Part shown: piece by piece, positions 1 through 9,733 of the stretch
How positions within the stretch are numbered: position 1 is the first letter of the stretch
How the letters are laid out: each line of letters starts with the position of its first letter
Position numbers and translations under genes: made by a program
Assembly (NCBI GenBank): GCA_027459525.1
Contig: DAIDIC010000185.1
Coordinates: 3,992-67,991 of the forward strand
Source of the DNA: Ktedonobacteria bacterium
GTDB lineage: Bacteria; Chloroflexota; Ktedonobacteria; Ktedonobacterales; JACDGC01
Direction of reading: 5' to 3'
DNA: 64,000 bases
The notes under the pieces: model-generated
The model's input: only the letters and a program-made list of their open reading frames with translations
The model's database searches: none
What the model was told of the DNA's origin: nothing

Positions 1-561
1 GCATTGGCTGCCTTATTGAATCGTGAGCCGGATATTACAATAGTTGCGGAAGTTATGCGTGGTGATGAGGCGCTGGCAGTTGCTATGAAAGTACAACCCG
101 ATATTGCTCTGCTGGATATTGAAATGCCTGGGGCAACCGGTATTGAAGTAGCAGGTTTGCTGCGTGATGCTCTGCCAACCTGCAAAACGCTGATCCTTAC
201 AACATTTGGGCGCCCGGGGTATCTGCGGCGGGCAATTGAAAATGGCGCTTCCGGTTTTCTTGTTAAAGATGCGCCAGCAGCGCAACTTGCCATGGCTATA
301 CGCCGGATTATGGCAGGAGAACGTGTTGTGGATCCGCAACTGGCGATGTCTGCGCTCAGTGATGGCGATAATCCATTGACACATCGTGAGCAAGAAATTC
401 TGTTATTTGTTCATAGGGGAGCGTCAAATGCCGATATTGCCTCATCTCTGGCTCTCACCGAAGGAACGGTAAGAAATTATCTTTCAACGGCCATGCAGAA
501 ACTTGCCGCCGGCACTCGAGTAGAAGCCGCCATGAAAGCTTCGCAGAAGGGATGGATTTAA
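1..561 (+). CDS. NarL/FixJ-type response regulator (receiver + LuxR-type HTH), N-terminus cut by window edge
   Basis: The ORF is open to base 1. It has receiver motifs (DIALLDIEMPGATG, ILTTF, FLVKD) and a C-terminal LuxR HTH (REQEILLFVHRGASNADIASSLALTEGTVRNYLSTAMQKL). Confidence 0.85.
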   Translation, partial: ALAALLNREPDITIVAEVMRGDEALAVAMKVQPDIALLDIEMPGATGIEVAGLLRDALPTCKTLILTTFGRPGYLRRAIENGASGFLVKDAPAAQLAMAIRRIMAGERVVDPQLAMSALSDGDNPLTHREQEILLFVHRGASNADIASSLALTEGTVRNYLSTAMQKLAAGTRVEAAMKASQKGWI

Positions 562-579
562 GCGTATGCGATTAAAAAA

Positions 580-718
580 TAGGACTTTCGCTTGAAAGAA
601 CAGCATATGTTTTCTCGTATTTGAAGCAGAAGGGGGCTGGGGACACCCCAGAACTCCGTACAAGGGGCAACTGCCCCTTGTACATCCCCCGATTTTCCCT
701 GTTGAAGCGAAAGTCCTA
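580..718 (+). mobile_element. MITE-like element, copy 1 (TIR AGGACTTTCGCTT / AAGCGAAAGTCCT, flanking 5-bp repeat AAAAA)
   Basis: It has 13-nt perfect terminal inverted repeats and an internal 11-bp stem GTACAAGGGGC-N4-GCCCCTTGTAC with a GGGGACACCCC core. AAAAA occurs at both 575-579 and 719-723. The copy is intergenic. Confidence 0.75.
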
Positions 719-915
719 AAAAATATGTAATGAAAATATGGAAATATGGCGCGGGCCGCTTCTCACGCCATCTAATATGGAAGCGAGCTGAATCTGACTC
801 CTCTTGTCCAATATGCCTAGATTAAATAGCTATTATGCGCTCCGTATACACTTTTTTGGCGCCATTTCTGATATCTTTGGTTAGAGCAAATAGACGCTGA
901 AATGGATGACATAGA

Positions 916-3312
916 ATGCGAAGATGGCTCATCATTATTATTGCGGTTGCATGGGCTTCAGGAATAATTCTGGAAAGTCTTTTAGTTTTTCCGATTATTT
1001 GGTTGTTAACGTCAGCAGGTTTGCTGCTTGCCGTTGGTTTTATAGCGCTGGTTGTTTTGCGGCGCGGTGTTTCTGCTCGGATATATCTGCTGGGCGGCGG
1101 AATTTTTCTGCTGGCAATGATTTTGGGCATGCTTCGGTTTATCTTTAGCGCGCCATCCGCCGATCCATATTCAATACGTCGGCTGCCTGATAAAACCACA
1201 GTTACAATCACCGGTGTTATCCTGTCTGCCCCAGAACTTGGCTCCAAAGATTTTTATTTTCCATTGCAAACACGCCAAGCTGGCGCTTCCGAGTATGTCA
1301 TGTCAAAGGCAGATGGAACTGTTGGAGTATATATTGCTCCGACTAAAGCGCTGACACCGTTGGCGGTATGTGATGTTGTCATGCTCGATGGCGTATTATA
1401 CCATCCCTCTGCGGCGTCCCCGCCAAATATTGACGCCGCGCTGATAATGAAAGATGTGTGGGTAACCGGTCGCAGCGCGTGTGTCTCACCTCAGCCGATG
1501 ATAGACGCCGTGCGCAGCCGCATCGCCGAAGGATTTGCCCAAACTTTGCCTGCGCTGGCGGCGGCGTTTTTAAGCGGCATTGTTCTTGGTTTGAAAACAC
1601 CGGAGTTAAGGTCGCATATAGCGCTGTTTACCGAAACAGGTATTATTCATTTAGTTGTTACATCGGGGTATAAAGTAACCATTGCGGCAGGTGTTGTTGC
1701 GGCGCTATTCCGTCGCGCGCCGCGCTGGCTGGGCGCATTGGGGGCGTTTGCCGGCATATGGGGCTATGTGTTGCTCAGCGGAGCAGGACCCGCCGCCGTG
1801 CGCGCAGGATTTATGGGCAGCGCCCTGCTTTTGGCAAAAGTAACGAAACGTGAATATGATACGTTTAATGCCCTGGCGCTGACTGTGTGGATTATGACAT
1901 GCGCAGATCCGCACGTGTTGTGGGACGCCGGCTTTCAGCTTTCCGTTTCTGGCGTGCTGGGTATTGCTGTGCTGGGGCCGCGTTTTCAGTCGCTTTTTGC
2001 CAACGCTGCGGCGCGCATCCCGGGCGGAAAAATCTTAACTGAAGCGCTTGCTTCCACTCTGGCGGCGCAAATAGCGACTATGCCGGTGGTTGTTTCTGTA
2101 TTTGGTGTCGTCTCACTTGTCAGCCCAATTGCTAATATGGCGCTGACACCTTTGCTGCCGTTCTTTCTTATAGCCGGAGCAATAGACGCTGTGTCGGCGC
2201 TTCTTTATCCGCCGTTATGCGCCACGCTGGCGCTGCTGCTGAATCTTCCGTTAACTCTTGCGCTTCATTTTACCGAATGGCTTTCGCGCTTGCCCGGCGC
2301 GTTTATTTCGCTGAAAGAACCTGTGCTATGGATCGTTCCTTTGTGGTTCGGCGCAATCTGCGCCTTGCCGTTGCTGTGGAAATATCAGGACAGTGAAATA
2401 TTGCTCGCCCCATCCAAGCCGCGTCTGCCGATGTTTTTGCGGACCGCGCTGAGCGTATCGGCTGCTTTGACGGTTGTTGCAGCTTCTTTGGGAATAACAT
2501 TGCTGCGCCCGCTTCCGCAGCTACAAATACAGTTTCTCAATACTGGAACCGGCGGGCCGGCGGCGCTGATTTCGGGCAGCGCATCACAAACCGCGCTGAT
2601 AGACGCCGGCGGAGCCGGATCTGCTCTGGCAGACGCGCTGAGCGTAACCCCGGCGGCGCAAACACATCATATCGACGCAATATTTATCACCGATGTTCGG
2701 CCGGGGCACTTCAATGGCATTTTTCCGTTATTGGGAACATATACTATCGGCGCAGTCTATACTCCGGGTGATCTGCGCCCAACCGCAGAATATGCAATGC
2801 TGTATTATGATTTGCAGCAGGCGGGTATTCCCCTGCGGCAAATGCGCCAAGGGATGACGTATCGGCTTGGCGCGGAAACTGCGCTGACGGCGCTGACGCC
2901 GCAAACTCCGCTCAGCGATTCCGGCAGCAATATTGATGACACGAACGCGCTGACTTTGGAGCTGACCTCTACCGCGTTTACGCTGTTGTTTGCCGGAGAC
3001 GCTGACCTGTTAAACATACAAAACGCCATGCGCTTTGCTCAGCCGCTGACACCGCCGGTTATTCTGCAAATTTGCCGGCGCGCCGTATCAGATCCTTTTG
3101 AAGATCGCAGCCAGGCGCAGACGCTGGCGCTGGTTCAGCCTGCTATAACTATTATCAGCGCCTCTGCTCAAACGGAACCGAAAAACGCCGCTCAAGCCGC
3201 GCAATCACTCATGGGTGTTTCTGCGCTCAGCGCCGCGCCGCATCGCAGCGCTGAGTCGGCAAATGTTACTATCAGCGTCAATGGCGCGCAATGGTGGTTT
3301 GCCGATCCGTAG
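916..3312 (+). CDS. comEC: ComEC/Rec2-like DNA internalisation channel protein with degenerate C-terminal metallo-beta-lactamase domain
   Basis: This is a 798-aa polytopic membrane protein with a competence-domain-like segment (TETGIIHLVVTSGYKVTIAAG). The C-terminal MBL-like segment (FLNTGTGGP..ALIDAGG..IFITDVRPGHFNG) lacks the canonical HxHxDH motif. Confidence 0.75.
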   Translation: MRRWLIIIIAVAWASGIILESLLVFPIIWLLTSAGLLLAVGFIALVVLRRGVSARIYLLGGGIFLLAMILGMLRFIFSAPSADPYSIRRLPDKTTVTITGVILSAPELGSKDFYFPLQTRQAGASEYVMSKADGTVGVYIAPTKALTPLAVCDVVMLDGVLYHPSAASPPNIDAALIMKDVWVTGRSACVSPQPMIDAVRSRIAEGFAQTLPALAAAFLSGIVLGLKTPELRSHIALFTETGIIHLVVTSGYKVTIAAGVVAALFRRAPRWLGALGAFAGIWGYVLLSGAGPAAVRAGFMGSALLLAKVTKREYDTFNALALTVWIMTCADPHVLWDAGFQLSVSGVLGIAVLGPRFQSLFANAAARIPGGKILTEALASTLAAQIATMPVVVSVFGVVSLVSPIANMALTPLLPFFLIAGAIDAVSALLYPPLCATLALLLNLPLTLALHFTEWLSRLPGAFISLKEPVLWIVPLWFGAICALPLLWKYQDSEILLAPSKPRLPMFLRTALSVSAALTVVAASLGITLLRPLPQLQIQFLNTGTGGPAALISGSASQTALIDAGGAGSALADALSVTPAAQTHHIDAIFITDVRPGHFNGIFPLLGTYTIGAVYTPGDLRPTAEYAMLYYDLQQAGIPLRQMRQGMTYRLGAETALTALTPQTPLSDSGSNIDDTNALTLELTSTAFTLLFAGDADLLNIQNAMRFAQPLTPPVILQICRRAVSDPFEDRSQAQTLALVQPAITIISASAQTEPKNAAQAAQSLMGVSALSAAPHRSAESANVTISVNGAQWWFADP

Positions 3313-3536
3313 ATATTTTTAAATCTGGCTTATTGCGCGCTGCCGTATAAAGCTTATGTTATGCCACAAGCCGCGCTGACGATGGCCCCATATAAACGCT
3401 ATATTGCAGCGCGGAAACGCATACAAACTGAGAATCATAAAGCGCCTGAGCGGGCATGCTACCATGCGCTTCCTAACCGCGCCGCTGAATCTATACTCTA
3501 TAAAAGCTATGCCATCCCCGGTCTGTGCGAGCCTGT

Positions 3537-3704
3537 TCAACCGTATATTGGTGGCTCCAGCGTTTGATCCAGAATGTGATCCAGTATATCACTGCCGGCG
3601 GCCAGCAATGCTTTTTCTTCTTTTTTGCTCAGCGCGCCAAAGCGTTTGCGCCAGAGTTGACGAATTGATTGAACTATTCCTTCAACCTTGCCTTCTTGAA
3701 TCAT
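3537..3704 (-). pseudogene. 55-codon ORF, possible remnant of an Rpn/PD-(D/E)XK transposase-like protein C-terminus (DUF4351-like)
   Basis: My own translation is MIQEGKVEGIVQSIRQLWRKRFGALSKKEEKALLAAGSDILDHILDQTLEPPIYG. It is below the ORF-track cutoff. The EG-rich run followed by an RRFG-type helix resembles DUF4351 from memory. The surrounding 680 bp has no intact gene and has short out-of-frame fragments upstream. Confidence 0.25.
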
Positions 3705-3999
3705 TCAACTTGCGTCAATCAACGCCGCCGCAACTCAATCTCCGATGACGTCATACAACGATGTACAAACTTTTTGTTGATCCGGATATGGCGTTTCGCG
3801 CCTGATATATGATATTTTAATGATCGGGATAGATCGCGCACATGCGCCGCAGACAATATGCGGCAATCTGTAGTGACCGGCGTAAGAGCATACTATTCCA
3901 TAAAAAGATTTTGCGCAACGAAATAAAAATAATAATTTGTGACATATTGCCGTATGAGCAGGCTGTGAATCCGGCGTATAGCGTGGAACGGGTATTTTG

Positions 4000-4755
4000 A
4001 TGGTATGGGAAACAGCGGCGTTTCAGCCGATTTATGAAGACGAGCACACATTGGCGGTTTGCAAATCTGCCGGAGTAGTTGCGCATCCATCATATAAAAA
4101 CGCCGACGGCACATTAAAAAACGCGGTAGATGACTGGTACGCCCAGCAAAATAAACCGGCCCCTTGGCTGATGCACCGGTTGGATAAAGACACATCGGGA
4201 GTTGTTTTGTTTGCTCGCACCGAGTTTGCTTTGAAGATGTACGCAAAACAATTCAAGCGGCACACTACAGTAAAGTGGTATATTGCCATTGTAAATGGCT
4301 GCAGCGCCGATTCAGCAGGAATGATTCATTTGCCGTTGCTGCGCGACCCTGAGGACCGCCGGCGGGTTATTTCTGGTATTGATGGCGCCGCTGCAGAAAC
4401 GCGCTATATCCGGCGAATAGCCGGCGCGCAGGTTTCGTTACTATACTTGCAGCCTGTTACCGGCAGAACCCATCAACTGCGAGCGCATACCTCGCTTATG
4501 GGGTTTCCTGTTTTGGGCGATACAGTATATAATGCGCGCGATCAGGCGAATCCGGATCGGGAAGCGCGCATGTATTTGCACGCTGCGGCGTTATCCATAA
4601 TGGCGCCGGAATGTGAGCGTTCTGTTACACGGCGGTTCTTCTATTCGGCGCCGCCGAAGGAATTTTATGATCGCGCGCCGGAACTGGCGCAGATAGATCT
4701 GGCTTCGGAGCTTGCCGCGCTTATTGCGGAATCTTTTAAGCAATATAGCATGTAA
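4000..4755 (+). CDS. RluA-family pseudouridine synthase
   Basis: It carries the catalytic motif HRLDKDTSGVVLFART and TGRTHQLRAH. YEDEHTLAVCKSAGVVAHP is typical of the family N-terminus. The start is ATG 4000 or TTG 3997. Confidence 0.85.
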   Translation: MVWETAAFQPIYEDEHTLAVCKSAGVVAHPSYKNADGTLKNAVDDWYAQQNKPAPWLMHRLDKDTSGVVLFARTEFALKMYAKQFKRHTTVKWYIAIVNGCSADSAGMIHLPLLRDPEDRRRVISGIDGAAAETRYIRRIAGAQVSLLYLQPVTGRTHQLRAHTSLMGFPVLGDTVYNARDQANPDREARMYLHAAALSIMAPECERSVTRRFFYSAPPKEFYDRAPELAQIDLASELAALIAESFKQYSM

Positions 4756-4837
4756 AAACATCCTGGCCGGCGTTTATACAGATAACGCCGGATCATACCA
4801 ACAAATAATGTATCTAAGCTATGGGAGGAACGCATCA

Positions 4838-5638
4838 ATGCAATTGCAAAGCATTGAAGATATTCAACAGAAACACAGGCATATTTATCTTTCACCCCAT
4901 TTTGATGACGCGGTGTTATCTTGCGGCGGTTCAATCGCCATGCAAACACAGATAAATTTACAGCCGCTGATAATTACAATTTTTGCGGCTCCGCCGGCAG
5001 ATGGCGCGGCGCTGAATCCATTTGCCCGACAAATACAAGCTTCCGCCGGTTTAGGTGAATCCGGCGCAGACGCGGTTGCCCGCCGCAGGGAAGAGGATCG
5101 CGCCGCGTGTGATTATTTGGGCGCTGATTATTTGTGGCTGAATTACGCTGACGCTATGTATCGCGGCTATGACAGCTCCGAATCGCTGTTTGGTGACATT
5201 GGCAGAAATGATCTTTCTTTAGAAGAAAGCCTTGCTGATGTGGCGCTGAAAATTCACGCATTGGCGCCAAACGCCGTTATTTATGCTCCGCTTGGCGTAG
5301 GCCACCATGTCGATCATCAGTTGGTTGCGTCGGCGGCGGCGCGGCTTGTCAACCAGAAGGCAAACATAAAATTTTATGAAGATATTCCATATGCTACGAA
5401 ACCAAACACATTGCAGGCTAGGCAAACAGAATTAAAAATCAATATGGAGCCTGAAATGAATGAAGTGTCGTTTCAAATGGAAAATAAATTAAACGCCGTT
5501 GCCCTATATGCGTCGCAAATTTCACCCCTTTTTACTACCGAAGCGAATATGCGCCGGGAAATTTCCGCATATAGCAAAACGATTAAGCCGGCTAACTCGC
5601 ATATTGCGATTGAACGCTTTTGGGCGTGGGACGCTTAA
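4838..5638 (+). CDS. PIG-L/LmbE-family N-acetylglucosaminyl deacetylase-like protein
   Basis: It has SPHFDDAVLSCGG (PHxDD motif) and GVGHHVDHQ (HxDH motif). ATG 4838 is preceded by GGGAGGA at 4823-4829, and the longer ORF-track start overlaps rluA. Confidence 0.75.
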   Translation: MQLQSIEDIQQKHRHIYLSPHFDDAVLSCGGSIAMQTQINLQPLIITIFAAPPADGAALNPFARQIQASAGLGESGADAVARRREEDRAACDYLGADYLWLNYADAMYRGYDSSESLFGDIGRNDLSLEESLADVALKIHALAPNAVIYAPLGVGHHVDHQLVASAAARLVNQKANIKFYEDIPYATKPNTLQARQTELKINMEPEMNEVSFQMENKLNAVALYASQISPLFTTEANMRREISAYSKTIKPANSHIAIERFWAWDA

Positions 5639-5682
5639 TAGGCGTTTTCGCGCCACAGTTTAAAGAAAAGAGTGTGTGTATA

Positions 5683-7707
5683 ATGTCACAGCGAATGATT
5701 ATCCCGGAAGATTTTTTCCGTATGAAATTAGTCAGCGATCCGCAAATTTCGCCGGACGGCGCAAAAATTGTCTATACGCTGCAAACCGTTGATAAGGAAA
5801 ATTCCGAATATAAAGAATCGATTTGGCTGGTTGGCGCAAATAGCTCCGCTATTCAATTTACCGCCGACGGATCCTCTCCGCGCTGGTCGCCGGACGGATC
5901 GACGCTGGCCTTCGTTTCGGACCGTGAAGGCCCCCTGCCGGATCCGCAGCCGGAAGAATCCGCGCAGGATCGCGATAAGCGCTGCGGTAAGGGCAAGCCG
6001 CAAATTTGGCTTATTTCCGCCTTCGGCGGCGAGGCGCGCCAAGTAACCTTTATGCGCTGGGGCGCCGCAAATCCCAAATGGTCGCCCGATGGATTGCGCA
6101 TATTGTTTTCCGCTAAAACCGGTGAAATTGCGGAGCCACCGGAACATGACGGCAAAAAAGAGCCGCGCCTGCGCAAAATTGATCGTTTTATGTATCGCTT
6201 TAATGGCAGTGGTTATATATATGAACTTCGCTCACATATATTTACTGTCGCCGCATCCGGCGGCGAACCGCAGCAACTCACTGATGGCGATTGGGATGAC
6301 CGCGCCGCGCAATGGTCGCCCGATGGCGCTCAGATTGTCTTTACCTCTGATAGACGGGAAGACCGTTGGTTGATGCCCGTTTCGCAAGTCTATCTTATGA
6401 ACAGCGACGGCTCAGAGCAACATCAAATCTCTGGCGCCAGCGATGTGTTTGAATATTTTTCACCAAATTGGTCTGCCGACGGCAAGAAAATTGCCTGTCT
6501 TGGCGGCCAGATCTGGCATAGCGGCGGACACACCGATCTCTTCGTTTTTGAGCCGCATGAAACTCCGCGTTTGTTAACCGAAGATATTTATGTCACTTTT
6601 TCCGACGCAATTGGCTCGGATTTGCGTGAGGACCACGCCGACGAAACGCCGATTTGGGGCGCCGATAACCGCACATTATTTGTGCTGGGCAATGCGCGCG
6701 GCGCCGGCAATCTGTACGCTTTCGACACCGAAACATTGGCGCTGACTGAATTGACAACCGGTAATCACCAAATTCTGGGATATTCTTTCTCCGCAGATCA
6801 CCATCAGATGGCGCTGGCGATTGCCGATACGCAGCAAATGGGTGATATTTTCAGCGGAGAAGTTCATGGAACTGCGCTAACTCGCTTAACCACTGTAAAC
6901 GCGGATCTGCTGGCTGAATTGCAGCTTTCGGAACCTGAGGTGTTTGAATTTGTCGGAGCTGATGGCTGGAATATTCAAGGGTGGATACTGAAACCGGCCG
7001 ATTTTGACGCGCAAAAAAAATATCCCATGTTGCTGGAAATTCATGGCGGGCCAAATACCTGCTATGGCTACACCTTCTTCCAAGAATTCCAAACCTTGGC
7101 GGCAAACGGCTATGTGGTAGTATATATTAATCCGCGGGGCAGCACCAGTTATGGGCGCAATTTCTGCCGCGCAGTGCATGGCGCGTGGGGACTTGGCGAT
7201 TATGAAGATTTGATGGCCGGAGTAGACGCAGTTCTTGCGCGCGGGTATGTTGATGATCAACGGTTGGGTGTGCTTGGCGGCAGCTATGGCGGCTTTATGA
7301 CAAACTGGATTATTGGGCACACTACCCGCTTCTCCGCCGCTATTACCGAACGCTGCGTGTCTAATTTACTTTCGAAATACGGCACAAGTGATGTTGGCCC
7401 GTGGATGGCGCTGGATAACTGGGATGGCCACCCATGGGAACAGGCGGAAAAATATCGGTTCCATTCGCCGATTACCTATGTGCATAATGTTCAAACTCCG
7501 CTGTTGATTATCCACAGTGAAGAAGATTGGCGCTGCCCGATTGAACAGGCAGAGCAGATGTTTACTTCGCTGAAATGGCTGAAACGCGATGTGGAATTTA
7601 TTCGCATTGAAGGCCAAAATCACGATTTAACCCGCAATGGCCACCCAAGACTGCGTATTGAACGCATGGGTGAAGTGGTAAAGTGGTTTAATAAGTATTT
7701 TGCCTGA
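5683..7707 (+). CDS. S9-family serine peptidase (prolyl oligopeptidase / acylaminoacyl-peptidase type) with N-terminal beta-propeller
   Basis: It has repeated WSPDG propeller motifs, the nucleophile motif GGSYGGFM, and downstream EEDWRCP and GQNHDL (Asp/His of the triad). Confidence 0.85.
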   Translation: MSQRMIIPEDFFRMKLVSDPQISPDGAKIVYTLQTVDKENSEYKESIWLVGANSSAIQFTADGSSPRWSPDGSTLAFVSDREGPLPDPQPEESAQDRDKRCGKGKPQIWLISAFGGEARQVTFMRWGAANPKWSPDGLRILFSAKTGEIAEPPEHDGKKEPRLRKIDRFMYRFNGSGYIYELRSHIFTVAASGGEPQQLTDGDWDDRAAQWSPDGAQIVFTSDRREDRWLMPVSQVYLMNSDGSEQHQISGASDVFEYFSPNWSADGKKIACLGGQIWHSGGHTDLFVFEPHETPRLLTEDIYVTFSDAIGSDLREDHADETPIWGADNRTLFVLGNARGAGNLYAFDTETLALTELTTGNHQILGYSFSADHHQMALAIADTQQMGDIFSGEVHGTALTRLTTVNADLLAELQLSEPEVFEFVGADGWNIQGWILKPADFDAQKKYPMLLEIHGGPNTCYGYTFFQEFQTLAANGYVVVYINPRGSTSYGRNFCRAVHGAWGLGDYEDLMAGVDAVLARGYVDDQRLGVLGGSYGGFMTNWIIGHTTRFSAAITERCVSNLLSKYGTSDVGPWMALDNWDGHPWEQAEKYRFHSPITYVHNVQTPLLIIHSEEDWRCPIEQAEQMFTSLKWLKRDVEFIRIEGQNHDLTRNGHPRLRIERMGEVVKWFNKYFA

Positions 7708-7714
7708 TATATCA

Positions 7715-7758
7715 GACCGGACAGAGCGGGAATCACCCAATCTGTCCGGCGCTTTTTT
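7715..7758. terminator. Rho-independent terminator between convergent genes
   Basis: The stem GACCGGACAGA / TCTGTCCGGC is followed by GCTTTTTT, directly after the peptidase stop. Confidence 0.7.
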
Positions 7759-7807
7759 AATTTATAGCTTTTGCTTGGATGTTGTGAGAAGCGAAAACTC
7801 CACCCTG

Positions 7808-9232
7808 TTATCTCGCCTTTTCGCTGCCTGCCGCGCCATACCATAGTGTTGTGGCAATTGCTGCGCCGATACCTAATAACCCAAGTGTTGTTACAATATA
7901 TCCTGCGCCATATGTGGCAGGAGATAAGAAGACAAACACTATGCCTCCGATGAATGTTATTGTTACCCCGGCCAGCGTAATCAGCGAGATGAGTTCAATT
8001 TTACCGCTGATAAGCCGTTGCGCGGCAATGAGCGCTAAAACGATTGCCGGCAGCAAGAATAATCCTATATCTTGATGCAGCCAAGTAAACACTGCGTCAT
8101 TGACGGCTCCTTTTGCTGCGGGATCACCGGCTCCAAAGTATGCTTCGTGCATTTCAATGGCAAATCCGCCGATAACCACCATCGAAAAACTCAGAATCCA
8201 TGTCCACGCTGAAACATATAAAGCCGGCAGGCGTAAATGTTTGATGATGGCGTTTATCGCAACAGCCAGCGCTAAAATAACCCCACCGCCCATAACAAAT
8301 ACGCCGGTTACAATATCATCCCCGGCTATACCGTTGGCGCCGTTTACAAAATATGTTGGGATTTGCCACTGCGAAATTGCCGCAATACTATAGATCAGCG
8401 TCATAGCAATTACGCCAAATCCAATCATACTTGCGCCGATGCGCGCCGCAATTTTTGTTCCGCCGGTTAACGAGCGATAGCCGAACTGCACACTGAGCAG
8501 TAGCACAGTAAGCCCCATAGCGGCAACCGCCATTTCATGTGAATGAGATCCAACCAATGCGGCGGCAAAATCACTTCCGGAACCAAAACCGGCAAATTTG
8601 GAAAAATCCCCCAGCGCAGGTGGCGCATTGACGCCAAATTCCATAATCCACCCAGCAAGATGCCCCATAATTGCCGCAACGAGCATTGACCCCGCCGCTA
8701 AAAATGACGCATAAAACGGAATAGTGCGGGTGTTGATTGCGTTTATCTTCCATTCATTGACCATGCCAACCAGCAAGACAATAAGAATTTCGTCCAGCGC
8801 AAAAAAACCAAATATTTGTGTCCACATTGCCACTTCAGAACCCGGAATAGAACGATCCCATATTCCTCCTACAGCGGCAAGAATAGTTGCGGCTAAAACA
8901 CCGCCGGTAATCCATTGGTGCGTGTGTGTGGATTGAAGACATAAAATTTGGCAGGTAAGCAGCGCCATCAATCCCACCATGCCAATGAGCAGCCCATGCA
9001 AAAACATAACGTGCGCATAATCAGGCGATGCGGATGCGCTTGTTTCCGACATAAATGGGTTGGAAACGAAAATGCTCATCAAGGTAAACAGCGAAAGCCA
9101 ACCGATTACAAAGAGAATTTCGTGTCGTGGCGTAAGCCAAGGGAAGCGTCGGATTGGCGCTATGTCGCTGTTATCATATGCCTGGATATCAACTGGAATA
9201 TCGGGCATTTTTACACTTTTGTGTACAGACAT
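7808..9232 (-). CDS. Polytopic membrane protein of unknown function with conserved-looking intramembrane histidines
   Basis: It has about 12 hydrophobic segments and His-containing motifs HVMFLHG, THTHQW, GHLAGW, GSHSHEM, HEAYFG and WLHQD. ATG 9232 is preceded by AGGAGG at 6-nt spacing. Confidence 0.6.
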   Translation of the reverse strand: MSVHKSVKMPDIPVDIQAYDNSDIAPIRRFPWLTPRHEILFVIGWLSLFTLMSIFVSNPFMSETSASASPDYAHVMFLHGLLIGMVGLMALLTCQILCLQSTHTHQWITGGVLAATILAAVGGIWDRSIPGSEVAMWTQIFGFFALDEILIVLLVGMVNEWKINAINTRTIPFYASFLAAGSMLVAAIMGHLAGWIMEFGVNAPPALGDFSKFAGFGSGSDFAAALVGSHSHEMAVAAMGLTVLLLSVQFGYRSLTGGTKIAARIGASMIGFGVIAMTLIYSIAAISQWQIPTYFVNGANGIAGDDIVTGVFVMGGGVILALAVAINAIIKHLRLPALYVSAWTWILSFSMVVIGGFAIEMHEAYFGAGDPAAKGAVNDAVFTWLHQDIGLFLLPAIVLALIAAQRLISGKIELISLITLAGVTITFIGGIVFVFLSPATYGAGYIVTTLGLLGIGAAIATTLWYGAAGSEKAR

Positions 9233-9733
9233 ATTGTTCCTCCTCATGATAGAAAGGAAGAAATCATATGGCTGCTTTTACAAAGCAGTCAGTGTGACCT
9301 TTCATGTTGTGAGTATGAAAGAGCAAATATTGTATCTCTCTTTCACACGTAGTATAGATGATAAAACACACATATCAATCTCAATCTTTCAGTGATTGCG
9401 CACATTTTGCCGTGATTTTTTGACCCTTTGAAGCATAAAATTGTTATAGAAACAGCCCATTTGGGCAGTATGTGATATATTTATGAACACATTCAATGTA
9501 TGCCCAGCGTTTTATGTGATGGATTATGCAGTGGCAGGCGACAGTTGTGTATAATAACAGAGACACCACACCCTGCAGCGCAGATTTGCCAACAGCAATT
9601 TCAACGCTATGACGCTGGGTGGAAAATATTGCCGTTTTGCCTGGATACATTATATGGTGGTTGGCTTGCTCCTGCCTGTTATATGGCGTGCCCGGCGCTT
9701 TTTTTATCGGCAAAAATAAATAATGGAATTTTT

